From NCBI GenBank assembly GCA_963725665.1, contig CAVRZA010000003.1, forward strand, positions 1 to 64,000: a DNA stretch of 64,000 bases, in the 5' to 3' direction. The position numbers were made by a program, and so were the translations under genes. Of the stretch, positions 9,197 through 20,791 are shown one piece after another. This stretch comes from an uncultured Actinomycetes bacterium. Its GTDB lineage: Bacteria; Actinomycetota; Thermoleophilia; UBA2241. The stretch's first letter is position 1. The number at the start of each line of letters is the position of its first letter. The notes beneath the pieces are model-generated. The model worked only from the letters and a program-made list of their open reading frames with translations, searched no databases and was not told the DNA's origin.

Positions 9197-9499
9197 ATGC
9201 CGAGCCGCAAGGCAAAGCCGCGCGAGAAGAAGAGGGACCGTCCCTTGGACCCCTCACGCCGTCGCTACTGCCACTTCTGCAAGGAGAAGATCGACGAGGT
9301 CGACTACAAGGACTCCACCGTCCTGCGCCGCTTCATCAACGACAAGGGCAAGATCAAGCCGCCGCGCACTACTGGCTCCTGCCGGCGCCATCAGCGCCAG
9401 GTCGCCCTCGCCATCAAGCGCGCCCGCGAGATGGCGCTGCTGCCCTATGTCATGGCTGGCGGCGGGCTCGACAGAGGCGGCCGCCGACGTCGACGATGA
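9197..9499 (+). CDS. rpsR: 30S ribosomal protein S18 (zinc-binding C+ type), stand-alone copy 1
   Basis: [42 protein letters not shown]. Confidence 0.95.
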   Translation: MPSRKAKPREKKRDRPLDPSRRRYCHFCKEKIDEVDYKDSTVLRRFINDKGKIKPPRTTGSCRRHQRQVALAIKRAREMALLPYVMAGGGLDRGGRRRRR

Positions 9500-9746
9500 G
9501 GTCACGGAGATCGCAGAGTGCGTGCTCCCTCAGGGCCAACGACCCTCTCCCCCTACGGACTTCGCCCTCGCTTCCTCTGCCGGGCGGCCCCCTCTGCCGA
9601 CACCCGGTTTCCCTCGTAGGGAGAAGAGCATACAGTGAGGCAGCTGTTTGCGCTGTGACATCCGTCGTAAGCAGCGCATCGGAGAAGAGCGCGCATCGTT
9701 GCCTCGACAGTCGCCGCGGACACGCTCATGAGGCGAGGAGTTCAAG

Positions 9747-9944
9747 GTGGCGCAAGGCAAAGTGAAATGGTTCAGCACACAGAAGGGCTACGGCTTCATC
9801 GAGCAGGAAGAGGGCAAGGACGTGTTCGTGCACGCCAACGAGCTTGCCCCGGGAGTGGGGACGCTTGCTGAGGGCCAGGCCGTCGAGTTCGAGGTGACCG
9901 AGGGCCAGAAGGGCCCGCAGGCCGTCAACGTGAAGCCTGTCTGA
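9747..9944 (+). CDS. Cold-shock domain protein, copy 1
   Basis: GKVKWF, KGYGFI (RNP1), DVFVH (RNP2), KGPQAVNV. Confidence 0.97.
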   Translation: MAQGKVKWFSTQKGYGFIEQEEGKDVFVHANELAPGVGTLAEGQAVEFEVTEGQKGPQAVNVKPV

Positions 9945-10265
9945 CGCAAGCTCGTGCGCGCCCGCCGGGCCGGCCTTCGCCGATCCAGCGGGGCGCTTCT
10001 TGTTCTCTCCACCAGCCTCGTTGACTCCTTGTGCCCTGCCTGAAGGAGCGTTGACTGGATAGGCTTGACGAGGTGGCTGTCGGTCTACTTCCGGGACCGC
10101 CGCCATGAGCCTCGGTATGTCGACGTGGAGAGCGGCACCCTAGTCGAGAAGCCGTAGGCCATCGCCACGCATCGTGACCAATGAGAGTCGGCCGAAGTAG
10201 CAGAACTTCGCATGGCAGCGGACGAACGAGTACCATATCGGCTGCGTTCACTCAACTGGGGGAGC

Positions 10266-10595
10266 ATGATGGCGGACTGGACTGAGGACGAGAAGCGCGA
10301 GTTCGAGGAGTACCACCGTAAGGGCAGGGAGGACGCCGCACGAGAAGCTGCCAGGTCCGAGGAGTACCGCCGTAAGGGCAGGGAGGACGCCGCACGAGAA
10401 GCTGCCAGCATCAACGCGGGTGATCTCGTGGACAGCCCGGACGGCCCAGGTATCGCCATCGAGGAGCAGGAGGGCGGGTTCTTGGTCAAGCTGGAAGCCG
10501 ACCTGCCCTCAGAGAGGCTGGGCACATTCGTCAGTGGGATGTCCAGGCAGGGTGCCTTCTATGTCCCGCTGAACCTGCTGAGGAAGCGCAAGTAG
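10266..10595 (+). CDS. Small hypothetical protein with an internal 54-nt tandem duplication; paralog of 33339-33617
   Basis: DWTEDEKREFEEY.RKG...GDLVDSPDGPG...FYVPLNLLRK; GGGAG RBS; clear similarity to the second copy. Confidence 0.7.
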   Translation: MMADWTEDEKREFEEYHRKGREDAAREAARSEEYRRKGREDAAREAASINAGDLVDSPDGPGIAIEEQEGGFLVKLEADLPSERLGTFVSGMSRQGAFYVPLNLLRKRK

Positions 10596-10996
10596 GCATC
10601 AGCGCTCCGGTTCAGGACAACCCCTCGACGACCCTGCCAGCGCCGCAGTCGGCGTCATAACGAACGTGCCGACCCGGGAAGCTAGATCCTGCTCACCAGA
10701 CCGGTCCTGATCCATTCGACAAGCGGATATAGGAATCGCGGTTCGCCGCACATTTCTGACGCAGCCCCTGTTTCTGGGCATCGTGACAGCGGCGCGCTGA
10801 GTGATTCCGCATCCTTAGTGAGGTGAACGCAGCGCCTAGGTAGCCCGCTTTCGAAACGGCGCCGGGCTGCCGCTTGCCGCGCGTTCTATTGACTCAATCC
10901 CGCACCGTCAGCGCTCAGCACACCATTGACATGAGCTTCCAGTTTATCCCCGCCCTCGTTTTCCGTGGCGGCGGCCCGGCCGACGGGAAGCCGAGC

Positions 10997-11707
10997 TGGA
11001 CGAGTGGGTAACGACCTACAATCAGGAGCGCCCCCACCAGAGCCTGGGCATGAGCCCGCCGGCCAAGCGCTTCGCCCTGACGGCGCCTTCGTCCGCGCCG
11101 CCGCTCAGGCTGGCGCAGGAGCTGCAGGAGCCGCCTGCGCAGAGCGACCTGCAGAGGACGCCACAGGTCACGCGCCGCGTGAGCCGAGAGGGCAGGATCA
11201 GCCTGGCTGGCTTCGTCTACCACGTGGGCACCTGGCTTGGCGGTGAGACGGTCGCGGTGACGATGCGCGATGGACTGCTCGAGATCTGCCATCGCGGCGT
11301 GCTCATCGCCTGCCACGCTCGCCGCCATCCCCTAGAGGCAGAACCGAGGGTCTGGCAGCAGCGCCCTCGCGCCCAGCGACTACGGCCGCAGACCGCAGGC
11401 CGGCCGGTGACCCGCAAGGTGGGTTCGGGTGGGGAGTCTGCTTCGCCGGTGCCGGCTACCGTGTGGGCAACCGCTACCGCGGCGAGCAGGTCGAGGTGCG
11501 CGTGGTCGGAGACACGGTGCAGATCTCGCAGAAGGGAAAGCTCATCCGCACGCACGCCGCGCGCCACGACCGCGAGAAAGAGCACGGCGCCTTCGCCAAT
11601 CCCGCTGGCCGCCCCTCGAAAATCAACAGCTACGTCAGACAGAAGCCTGCGGGAGGTGTAACACAGCTACCGGAGCCACTCTGTAACGCGGGTGGTGGAA
11701 CTTGAGG
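10997..11707 (+). pseudogene. IS481-family transposase C-terminal remnant with right end
   Basis: WVTTYNQERPHQSLGM.PP..RF, two VTR(R/K)V..G.I Mu-like C-terminal repeats (frameshifted), and repeated TGTAAC end motifs after the stop. Confidence 0.75.
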
Positions 11708-11886
11708 ACCTGTGCTGCTAGGGCCAGCGCGTCGTCGCCGATCGTCTGGCCGGGCTTCGCGCTTGCAGACTTCGGCCCCCGTCGCTTACGCGGAAGGTGG
11801 CCCTGGGACTAACATGAGAAGTGGGCCAACGAATGGAGTCTGGTCAGTTATCAAGCCGCCGGCGGCTGAGGCGAGGTGTGGAGGCG

Positions 11887-12996
11887 ATGACGAGCGAAAG
11901 AGAGACCTTCGACCTACGCGCCGTGGCGCCCACGCACCACTGGCATACGCTCGATGACGGGCGCGTGCAGTGCGATGTCTGCCCCCGCTTCTGCAAACTG
12001 CGCGAGGGCCAGCGCGGCCTGTGCTTTGTGCGCGCCGATCACGGCGGCGCGATCGTGCTGACGACCTATGGACGCTCCAGCGGCTTCTGCGTCGACCCCA
12101 TCGAGAAGAAGCCGTTGAACCACTTTCTCCCCGGCACGCCGGTGCTGTCGTTCGGCACCGCCGGCTGCAACCTTGCCTGCAAGTTCTGCCAGAACTGGGA
12201 CATCTCGAAGTCGCGCGAGACGGACACCCTGATGGACCAGGCCAGTCCCGAGACCATCGCGCGCGCCGCACGTCGTCTCGGCTGCAAGAGCGTGGCGCAT
12301 ACCTACAACGATCCCGTGATCTTCATGGAGTACGCGATCGACGTGGCCAAGGCCTGCCGCGCAGACGGCATCAAGTCGGTGGCGGTGACGGCCGGCTACA
12401 TGAACGATGCGCCGCGGCGCGAGTTCTTCGAGCACATGGATGCCGCCAACGTCGACCTGAAGGGCTTCACCGAGGAGTTCTACCGGAAGCTCACCGGCGC
12501 CCATCTCGCGCCGGTGCTCGAGACGCTCGAATACCTGAAGCATGAAACTTGCGTGTGGTTCGAACTGACCACGCTGCTCATCCCCGGCCACAACGATTCG
12601 GACCAGAAGCTCACCGAGATGAGCAAGTGGATCGTCTCCCATCTCGGGCCCGATGTGCCACTGCACTTCAGCGCCTTTCATCCGGACTGGAAGATGCGCG
12701 ACGTGCCGTCCACCCCGCCTGCGACGCTGAAGCGTGCGCGCCGCATCGCCAAGGACAAGGGCGTGCGCTACGCCTATACGGGCAACGTTCGCGACGAGGC
12801 CGGTCAGAGCACCTACTGTCACCACTGCGGAACGAAGCTGATCGGGCGCGCCGGGTACACCATCACCGCCTGGCATCTCGACGCCGACGGCACGTGCGAG
12901 AAGTGCGGCACGGCTTGTGCAGGCGTGTTCGAGGCGCGGCCCGGTGACTGGGGGGCTCGTCGCCAGCCGGTTCGCCTGGCGAACTTCATTGCCTGA
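11887..12996 (+). CDS. amrS: AmmeMemoRadiSam system radical SAM enzyme
   Basis: CDVCPRFC, DPIEKKPLNHF, GCNLACKFCQNWDIS, C-terminal CHHC/CEKC. Confidence 0.93.
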   Translation: MTSERETFDLRAVAPTHHWHTLDDGRVQCDVCPRFCKLREGQRGLCFVRADHGGAIVLTTYGRSSGFCVDPIEKKPLNHFLPGTPVLSFGTAGCNLACKFCQNWDISKSRETDTLMDQASPETIARAARRLGCKSVAHTYNDPVIFMEYAIDVAKACRADGIKSVAVTAGYMNDAPRREFFEHMDAANVDLKGFTEEFYRKLTGAHLAPVLETLEYLKHETCVWFELTTLLIPGHNDSDQKLTEMSKWIVSHLGPDVPLHFSAFHPDWKMRDVPSTPPATLKRARRIAKDKGVRYAYTGNVRDEAGQSTYCHHCGTKLIGRAGYTITAWHLDADGTCEKCGTACAGVFEARPGDWGARRQPVRLANFIA

Positions 12997-13034
12997 GCGA
13001 GATGGAGGCCGGCACCTCGTAGTGGAGCGGATTC

Positions 13035-13745
13035 ATGTCCAACGGTAGCCACGAGATCATCAAGCGCGAGGACCTCCGGAGCCGCACGCACGTGTTCCGC
13101 GACCGCGCCCATGCCGGTGCGGTGCTTGCCGAGATGCTCGCCTCGCACTTCGAGAACCCCCCGCACGCGGTGGTGCTCGCGATCCCGGCCGGGGGCGTGC
13201 CGGTGGCCGCCCCGATCGCCGAGCGCCTCGCCCTGCCGCTCGACCTCGCCGTGGTCAGCAAGATCACGCTGCCCTGGAACACCGAGATCGGCTACGGCGC
13301 CGTCGCGTTCGACGGCAGCGTGCACCTGAACGACCGGCTCGTGTGCCAGTGCGATCTCAGTGAGGCGCAGGTAGAGGCTGGGGTCGCGCGCACGCGCGAG
13401 AAGGTCGCGCGACGCAGCGCCGACCTGCGCGAGGGCCGCAGCTACGCCGCCGTCAGCGGCGCGGACGTGGTGCTGGTCGACGACGGCCTCGCCTCGGGCT
13501 TTACCCTGCGCGCGGCGATCGCCGCCGTGCGCGCGGGCGGCGCGGCGACGATCACCATCGCGGTGCCGACCGCGCACGAGTCCGCCGCCCGGGCGATCGC
13601 CGACTCGGTCGAGGCGATCTACTGCCCCAACGTGTGCGCCGGCCACCGCTTCGCGGTGGCGGACGCCTACGAGGCGTGGTCGGACGTCGACGAGGAGACG
13701 GTGCGCGCCATCCTCGCGGACTTCCGTCTGCCGGCAGCGTCGTGA
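13035..13745 (+). CDS. Phosphoribosyltransferase family protein
   Basis: FRDRAHAG, LAIPAGGVPVA, VLVDDGLASG (PRPP loop). Confidence 0.92.
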   Translation: MSNGSHEIIKREDLRSRTHVFRDRAHAGAVLAEMLASHFENPPHAVVLAIPAGGVPVAAPIAERLALPLDLAVVSKITLPWNTEIGYGAVAFDGSVHLNDRLVCQCDLSEAQVEAGVARTREKVARRSADLREGRSYAAVSGADVVLVDDGLASGFTLRAAIAAVRAGGAATITIAVPTAHESAARAIADSVEAIYCPNVCAGHRFAVADAYEAWSDVDEETVRAILADFRLPAAS

Positions 13746-14886
13746 GCGCGCTGCGCTGGGGCGCTTTGTCGCTGGGATGGGCATTGGGTCGTCAGGCATG
13801 TTCGCCGGAAACCATCGGCTCCAGCGGGGCCTGAAGGGTGCACTTATTGGGCCGACCTGTGCACTATGTCGACCTGAGACCCGGCCTGATGGCTGACGGC
13901 TATGTCAGGGGCGGGTTGCCGGAGTGGCTGGCCTTCGACTTGGTCACGGCCGATGCCTACCGCGCGGCTGGCCATCTGTCGGAGGTGACCGACGTGGTGG
14001 AGAAGGTTGGGAGGAAGAAGCCGCCCATCGCTACCAGGTCGAACTGTGAGGCAGCTGAGACGTGGCTTCAGGGGTGTTGCGCACGGTACCCTACGGCGAC
14101 CTCCTCACGGCCTCGGCAGAGCGTTTGGGCCTTGCGCTCGCCCAGGGGGACCTTGCGGCTGCGCTTGCAGCCGAAGCCGACTGGATCAGTGAGGTCCTGC
14201 CGGTGAGCCGCGAGCAGTGGCTGGAGCGTGTCACGTCGCTCATGGAGATGCCCCTGGCCTTGCCGCGTACGCTGCCCCAAGTGCTGGGCCGCTACCAAGC
14301 GCGGGTGACGGAGCTCCTCCACACGGTGGAGACTGCCTCGGGCGTCCGGGAGCAGGGCGATATCCTCGAGCTCGCGGCAGGAGTACCGCGGGCCATTGCC
14401 CATGCCGACCACCCCGAGGAGTTGGAGACCTAGCACCTGCGGGCCAACAGCCTACGCGCCTCGTGACGCACACGGATGTCCTCTAGCTGCACCACGTCTC
14501 CGGACGGACCAAAGGCCGAGCACCGCTGAGTGCTTGTCGGCAGGTCATTGGTGGCGAGGCTGCTGAGCAGGAAGAAAGGCAGTCAGACATGCCTGGCGGT
14601 CATCTGCAGGCCTGCATCGCAATGCAAATCGAGGCATCTGCTGCCGCGATGCTGACCAATCTCGCCGCCGCGTCGTCAGGTGCTACGCGCCATCCCCCAG
14701 CAGACGCCGGATCGCCCGAGCAGTCGCCGTGCGTGCCGGAAGGGGGGGTGACGCAGCAGCGAAGGCCTGTTTCGCTTCGCCCACAGGTCTCGCAGCGGCT
14801 CGCTGGCTTGCTCGTTGCGGTGTCCCAGGGGCGGCGCCGCCCTTCCAAACGACCGTCGCCGTCCGGCCGGCATCTCGGCTGGCGCG

Positions 14887-16182
14887 CTACACGGCGGAAG
14901 ACGAGTCGCTGCCTCCCAGCGGCCTCACGCGCGAGAAGCGCTCGACGCGCAGCGGCCACAGATCGAGGGTCGGGCGTTGACCGGTGACGATCTGGGAGAC
15001 GAGCTTGCCGCTTATCGGGCCGAACTTCAGGCCGTTCGTGTTGTGGCCCGTGGCGAGGACCAGGTTCTCGTGCATCGGCGAGCGCCCCACGATGGGGATG
15101 CCGTCGGGCGTGAGCGGGCGAAGGCCACACCACATCGACAGCGGATCTGTGTGCATCTCTTCCAGGAAGTCCGCCGCCCCCCTGCGGATGCCCTCGAGGC
15201 GCTTGTCCAGCAGCCTGTGGTTGATGCCGGAGAGCTCGAGCGTACCTGCCAGGCGCAGCTCATCCCCGTAGGGGGTTGCGCAGACGCGTGCCTCGCTGAG
15301 ATACAGGGGCAGGTTCCCGGGGACTCCCTCCGGCCTTCTCACCGTGATGCTGTAGCCCTTGCCGGCCTGCAGTGGGATCCTCAGGCCCAGGCGGCCGGCC
15401 AGTTGCCGCGACCAGACGCCGGCCGCCAGCACGATCGTCTGGGCCTCGAACGTGCCGCGAGTGGTGTGCACGGCGCAGATCCGGCGGCCGAGGGTGGCGA
15501 AGTCGAGGACCTCGGTCGAGGTCATGAGGGCGCCGCCGCTCTCGCCAGCGAGGCGCACGAGCTCGCGCGTGAAAGCCGCCGGCTCCACCTTGGCGTCCTC
15601 GGCCACAAACGTGCCGCCCACGACGCCCGACGCCAGGGCGGGGACTCGCTCCCGCAGCTCAGCGACGTCGACGACCTCGGTCTCGATGCCGAAGGACCTT
15701 AGAGGCGCGATGTCGTCCACTGCCGCGCCGAAGGCCCCGTCCGTCCTATACAGGGTGAGGAGACCGCTAGGCTCCCAGCCGCCCTTCATGGTGCCGGCCT
15801 GGTCGAGCTCGATGAAGAGCCTTAGCCCTTCGCAGCCGAGGTTGCGCAACACGGGCATTCCCTTTCGCATGGGTCCTTGCCTCGAGGCGGCCACGAAGCG
15901 CAGCAGCCACAGAGCGAGGGCCGCGCTGAGGCGCGGCTTGACGTAGAAGGGGCTGGAGCTGTGGAGCAGCCACTTGAGGCCTTGGCCGACAACGCCGGGA
16001 GAAGGAAGCGGGTAGATGAGGCTCGGGGCGACCAGGCCGGCGTTCGCGTGCGTGCTCCCCGACACGGGGCAGACGACCTCCGCACGCTCGACGAGAACGA
16101 CCTCTCTGCCTGCTTGCGAGAGGTAGTAGGCGCAGAAGGCTCCGATGATGCCGCCACCGATGACAAGGACGTCGACCTTCAC
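14887..16182 (-). CDS. FAD-dependent D-amino acid dehydrogenase/oxidase (DadA-like)
   Basis: VLVIGGGIIG, ANAG, GKGYS, WCGLRPLTPDG, TGH. Confidence 0.9.
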   Translation of the reverse strand: MKVDVLVIGGGIIGAFCAYYLSQAGREVVLVERAEVVCPVSGSTHANAGLVAPSLIYPLPSPGVVGQGLKWLLHSSSPFYVKPRLSAALALWLLRFVAASRQGPMRKGMPVLRNLGCEGLRLFIELDQAGTMKGGWEPSGLLTLYRTDGAFGAAVDDIAPLRSFGIETEVVDVAELRERVPALASGVVGGTFVAEDAKVEPAAFTRELVRLAGESGGALMTSTEVLDFATLGRRICAVHTTRGTFEAQTIVLAAGVWSRQLAGRLGLRIPLQAGKGYSITVRRPEGVPGNLPLYLSEARVCATPYGDELRLAGTLELSGINHRLLDKRLEGIRRGAADFLEEMHTDPLSMWCGLRPLTPDGIPIVGRSPMHENLVLATGHNTNGLKFGPISGKLVSQIVTGQRPTLDLWPLRVERFSRVRPLGGSDSSSAV

Positions 16183-16275
16183 AGCTCACCCCGAGACGAT
16201 GGCCATGCCAAAGCCAGTCCGCCCACCACTCTGCCCCTCAGCGCTGAGTAAGAGTGGCAGCGTCCTTCTCACCTC

Positions 16276-16947
16276 TCAGTTCAGGCGCAGCGTGAGTGTG
16301 ATCGTCCCCAGTGTATGGCTCACCGGCAGGTAGCCGGGGAAGGCCAAGGTCAGCTGATGGACGAGCCAGTCGCTCATCGTCGCCCCGATGTTGGCGATCC
16401 GCACCCAGTGGCGGCCACGCGTGGTGAAGCGGCTGACGTGCTTCTGCGAAAGGTCGAGCACCGTAATCGTGTGGCGCCCCAGGGTGCTGTCAAAGACGGC
16501 GCTGACCGTCGCTTTCGTGTCCAGGGTGACGCGCAGCCCGGTGAACGACAGCACGGTCCAGGCGCTCATCGTCTGGCGGCCCCACATGACGAAGCCGCCA
16601 CGCAGCGACACCGAGGCCGCCAGGCTCACCGGATTCAGGCTGGCCACCCTGAGCGGGAAGGCGAAGCGGAAGGCGTCGTCGGTGAGCCGCAGACTGGCCG
16701 CAGCGAGGGCAAGCGGCACCGCACCGCCACTGAAGAGGTCCTTCGACTGGCCGGGGTCGCTCAGCAAGGTCATGCTGCCCCCCTTGACCAGCAGGCGAAG
16801 CGGCGGCGTGGCCGAGGGCGCAGGCGCCGGTGAGGAGGCTCGGCTCGCCGCCTGGGACGGCCCGGCCGTCGTGGCAATCACCACGCTCAGGGTCACCGCT
16901 ACGCAGATCAGCAGCAGGGCAAGCAAACGAGCGCTCGATCGAGACAT
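16276..16947 (-). CDS. Secreted hypothetical protein
   Basis: AAGGAGG RBS, signal peptide, Pro/Ser linker, beta-rich body. Confidence 0.65.
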   Translation of the reverse strand: MSRSSARLLALLLICVAVTLSVVIATTAGPSQAASRASSPAPAPSATPPLRLLVKGGSMTLLSDPGQSKDLFSGGAVPLALAAASLRLTDDAFRFAFPLRVASLNPVSLAASVSLRGGFVMWGRQTMSAWTVLSFTGLRVTLDTKATVSAVFDSTLGRHTITVLDLSQKHVSRFTTRGRHWVRIANIGATMSDWLVHQLTLAFPGYLPVSHTLGTITLTLRLN

Positions 16948-17266
16948 GAACCGCCTCCTTTGTCGAGGAGTGCGTGCCGTCCTTAGGTGACGTTGCGGCC
17001 AGAGCCATGGTTCACGGCTACGTTGAGCAAACCTACTCCTCCGCCGGCCGCTTCCCAAGGACTGACAGTCGTCGACGCCGGTCGGCACGCTGTCGGTGGC
17101 TTTGGCCGTGTGCAGCATGAAGCCGGGCCGGGCAGCACGTGGAGTGATGTATCGGCCTCGCTATTTCGGCGCGGATGTTTGGATCTGATCCACTCGACGC
17201 TCGGCCAGTTCCTGCCGAAGCGCGGCCGACTTCGTCTTGAGCAGGGCTTATGCGCCTGGGGATGAG

Positions 17267-17312
17267 AAGCTCTCTGTAGTGCAACGGTAAGCTCTCTGTA
17301 GTGCAACGGTAA
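17267..17312. repeat. 22-bp perfect tandem repeat, two copies
   Basis: AAGCTCTCTGTAGTGCAACGGT twice, in a divergent intergenic region. Confidence 0.9.
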
Positions 17313-17463
17313 CGGGCCGCCTCAGGGCGATAGACTCTTCGAGCTGACCGTTGACGACGGCCATGGCGGTCGACTGGCGGGCGTTCGTCGGATAAAGGCC
17401 GACGCCACTGCTGCGCCGAAGTACCGGCCGTGCAGCCAACGGCCAGCGGGGAGAGGGCAAGGG

Positions 17464-17814
17464 ATGAATGACGGGCCGCAGTTCCACGTCGAGCTTGTAA
17501 AGCTCACGGAGAGCGCCGTCGTCGTCGATCTCGAGGGCGAAGTCGACATCTACTCGGCCCGCCAGTTCAAGGACGTCCTCCTCCAAGGCATCGAAGAAGG
17601 CGCCCAGCGCATCATCGTCGACCTCGCCAAGGTGACCTTCATCGACTCCGGCGGGCTGGGCGTTCTCGTGAGCGGCGCCAAGCGAGTCCGGCGCAACAAC
17701 GGCACGCTGGACATCGTCTGCTGCGACGACAACATCAGGCGTATCCTCGAGATCACCGGCCTCGACCGCATCTTCGGCATCTATGCGACGCGGGAAGAGG
17801 CGCTGAACGTGTGA
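17464..17814 (+). CDS. STAS anti-sigma factor antagonist (RsbV-like)
   Basis: LEGEVDIYSA, VDLAKVTFIDSGGLGVL, ILEITGLD. Confidence 0.93.
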   Translation: MNDGPQFHVELVKLTESAVVVDLEGEVDIYSARQFKDVLLQGIEEGAQRIIVDLAKVTFIDSGGLGVLVSGAKRVRRNNGTLDIVCCDDNIRRILEITGLDRIFGIYATREEALNV

Positions 17815-17990
17815 GGGTAGGGCAACGCCGCTCGGGCGGCTCGTCGCTAAGGCGTCGGCAAGCCCGCAAGACGCAGCTGGAAAGGTCCCTCACACCTGAT
17901 CCGGGGCGTTGTGCGGGCTCGAGGTTCGCTACGGGACGGTTCGCCCCCGCGCGTTGAACCTCGCGGCACGACGGTCGGCAAGACCACGCG

Positions 17991-19128
17991 CTAGTCGAGG
18001 AAACCCCTCAACCGCTGCCGTGTCGCGGTAGCTCGTCAGCTTGGCCAGCGTCTTGACCTCGATCTGGCGGATGCGCTCGCGCGTCAGGCCGAACCTCTGG
18101 CCGACCTCCTCGAGGGTGCGCGCATGCTCGCCCTTGAGTCCGAAGCGCAGCTCAATGATCTTTCGCTCACGATGGGTAAGCATGGAGAGCACGCTGTCGA
18201 GCTCCTCCCTCTGCATGATCTCGCCGACGGCCTCCTCCGGCATGGTCGCGTCTTCGTCCTCGATGAAGTCGCCCAGTTGCGAGTCCTCTTCCTCGCCGAT
18301 CGGCGTCTCGAGCGATACCGGCTCCTGGCTGATCTTTAGGATCTCGCGCACCTTCGCCGCAGTCGTGTCCATCTCGGTGGCGATCTCCTCGCGGGTGGGC
18401 TCGCGGCCCATGTCCTGCAGGAGCTGGCGCTGCACACGGATGAGTCTGTTGATCATGTCCACCATATGGCCTGGGACGCGGATGGTGCGCGCCTGGTTGG
18501 CGAGGGCTCTCATGATGGCCTGCCTGATCCACCAGGTGGCGTAGGTGGAGAACTTGAAGCCGCGGCGGTAGTCGAACTTCTCGACGGCGCGCATGAGGCC
18601 GATGTTGCCTTCCTGAACCAGGTCAAGGAACGGCATGCTGGCCCCGGCATAGTGCTTGGCGATCGAGACCACGAGGCGCAGGTTGGCCTCAGTGAGCCTG
18701 CGCTTGGCCGCCATATCGCGGCGCTCGATGCGCTTGGCAAGGGAGACCTCCTGCTCGGCCGTGAGCAGCGGTACCTTGCCCATCTCCTTGAAGTACATGC
18801 GCACGGAGTCGTTGCTGGCGCTCTTCACCGAGAGGTCGAGCGCAGGAATGACCTCCGGCTGCGACGTCGCCTCCTCCGCCGCCTCGGGCTCCCGGCCGTC
18901 GGCGCCGAGCGACTGATCGCCGTCGATCACGTCGATGCCGAGGTCGCCCAGGAGGAGGAGGATGTCGTCGATCTGCTCGGCCGTTAGGTCGACGTCCTGC
19001 AGGGCGTCGTGTAAGCGGCCGGCGTTCAGGTAGCCCTGCTCGCGGCCCTCGGCAACCAGCTCGCGCACCTCCTCGATGTCGAGCTCGGCTGGTGCGCTCG
19101 CCTGGCGTTCTGCTAACAGATCGGTCAA
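17991..19128 (-). CDS. RpoD-like sigma-70 factor, paralog A (1-nt insertion near the stop)
   Basis: Regions 1.1-4: [41 protein letters not shown] start after AGGAGA. The end matches paralog C except for one extra base. Confidence 0.9.
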
Positions 19129-19447
19129 CGTCTCTCTCCTACTCCCTGCCTCGGCGACGCAGCCCAAGCCCATCCCCCGTCGCAGAAGATCACACGCCGG
19201 CGCTGCCTGGTTTCATGGGGGGAGTGTCCGTGGCGGTGGGAGAAACCCTCGTGAGGCCGCTGCCAGTCTACGCTCCCTGAGGCCGAGCACAAGGAGGGCA
19301 GTGAGACCGGCAGCGACACCGAGAAGCGCCGGCTCCGGCCGAGGACCCACGGCCGTGGCGGCGTCCCGTCGGCTCACGGCCAGAAGCCGCCGCTCATAGG
19401 CCTCTTCTGAGAAGAGCACGGGTCTGGGCGTGATGTGTCTGCGCCGG

Positions 19448-19612
19448 CTAGAGGCCTCTTGTGGTAAGCAGGGAAACGGCGACAACGACGATCGCGACAA
19501 GCACGACCGCGACGACCAGGAGGCGCACCAGGACGAGGGAGCGGCGAGGCCTGGGACGCAGACGCCGTCGTTGGCGTCGCGAGTGCGTCTCAAGCTGCGG
19601 ATAGAGCGGCAT
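19448..19612 (-). pseudogene. Short or truncated membrane-anchored protein
   Basis: Arg-rich stretch plus one TM helix, then a stop, directly after sigma fragment B. Confidence 0.4.
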
Positions 19613-19617
19613 GGGGC

Positions 19618-20197
19618 CTAGTCGAGGAAGTCCTGCAGCGGCAGCGAGTCGCGGTAGCTCCTCAGCTTGGCCAGCGTCTTGAACTCGATCTGCCGGATGC
19701 GCTCGTGTGTGACGGCGAACCGCTGACCGACCTCTTGTAGCGTCTGGGGGCAACCGTCCTTAAGACCGAAGCGCAGCTCCATGATCTTGCGCTCGCGATA
19801 GGTGAGCGCGGAGAGCACGCTGCCTAGCGCCTCTTTCTGCAGAACCTCGCCCACGGCCTCCAAGGGCGCGATGGCCGCCTCGTCCTCGATGAAGTCGCCC
19901 AGCTGGGAGTCGTGCTCCTCGCCGATGGGGGTCTCCAGCGAGACGGGGTCCTGGCTGATCTTCAAGATCTCGCGCACCTTCGCCGGCGTGGTGCCCATCT
20001 CGCCGGCGATCTCCTCCGGCGTCGGCTCGCGCCCGATCTCGGACAGGAGCTGGCGCTGCACGCGCAGCAGCCTGTTGATCTGATCCACCATGTGCACGGG
20101 GACGCGGATGGTGCGCGCCTGGTCGGCGAGGGCTCTGGTGATCGCCTGGCGGATCCACCAGGTCGCGTAGGTCGAGAACTTGAAGCCCCGGCGGTAG
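19618..20197 (-). pseudogene. RpoD-like sigma factor, paralog B, 5'-truncated (regions 2.3-4 only)
   Basis: Begins abruptly at [17 protein letters not shown] and ends [11 protein letters not shown]. Confidence 0.88.
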
Positions 20198-20199
20198 GG

Positions 20200-20791
20200 C
20201 CATCTTTGAGTGCCGTCCGCCGTGGAGGGCGGAGTTCGGACCTACCTGGAGCCGTCTTCCGGTGGCCCGGTTTCGCTACAGCGCCAAGACGCGGCGGCCG
20301 TTGTTGTGCAGGACGAGGCGTTTGGGCACAGAGGTGCTGCCGACATCCAGCCACCCTCGACGAGGGAGCTCGCAAGCGTGGATCTGGCGGCGGATGCCGT
20401 CAGTTGACAGGGCAGGCGACGACGCCGGCGTCGTGTCGGCGTCCGCTCAAGAATCGCCCCTCGGCGGGTGTCTCTCTTGGTCGCACACCACGTGGAGTCA
20501 TGTTGCAGCTACCGGCGCAGCGCTCGGAGACGTTAGAGTTGCCGGGTCAGGTACGCGTGAAGGAAGTCCCGGAGGAGTTGGCCCATAGCCATCCCTGAGA
20601 CTGAATTGGCCCGCGCGCGGCGCTGGTGCGAGGGGCGCATCCCGTCCCGGTTGCGCGACGAGGTGCGCATCGAGGTCGATATCAGCGGCCAGGCGCTGAC
20701 CATCTTTGAGTGCCGTCCGCCGTGGAGGGCGGAGTTCGGACCTACCTGGAGCCGTCTTCCGGTGGCCCGGTTTCGCTACAGCGCCAAGACG
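20200..20791 (+). repeat. 92-bp exact direct repeat (20200-20291 = 20700-20791)
   Basis: CCATCTTTGAGTGCC...GCGCCAAGACG occurs twice, 500 bp apart; it is an internal piece of the DUF3024 gene. Confidence 0.9.

Noticed and set aside
10190-10850. Integron attC sites around the small ORF
   Set aside because: No convincing paired RYYYAAC/GTTRRRY boxes and no IntI.
13838-14433. Gene between the phosphoribosyltransferase and dadA-like genes
   Set aside because: Two partial frames with no recognisable motif; possibly a remnant, but not supportable.
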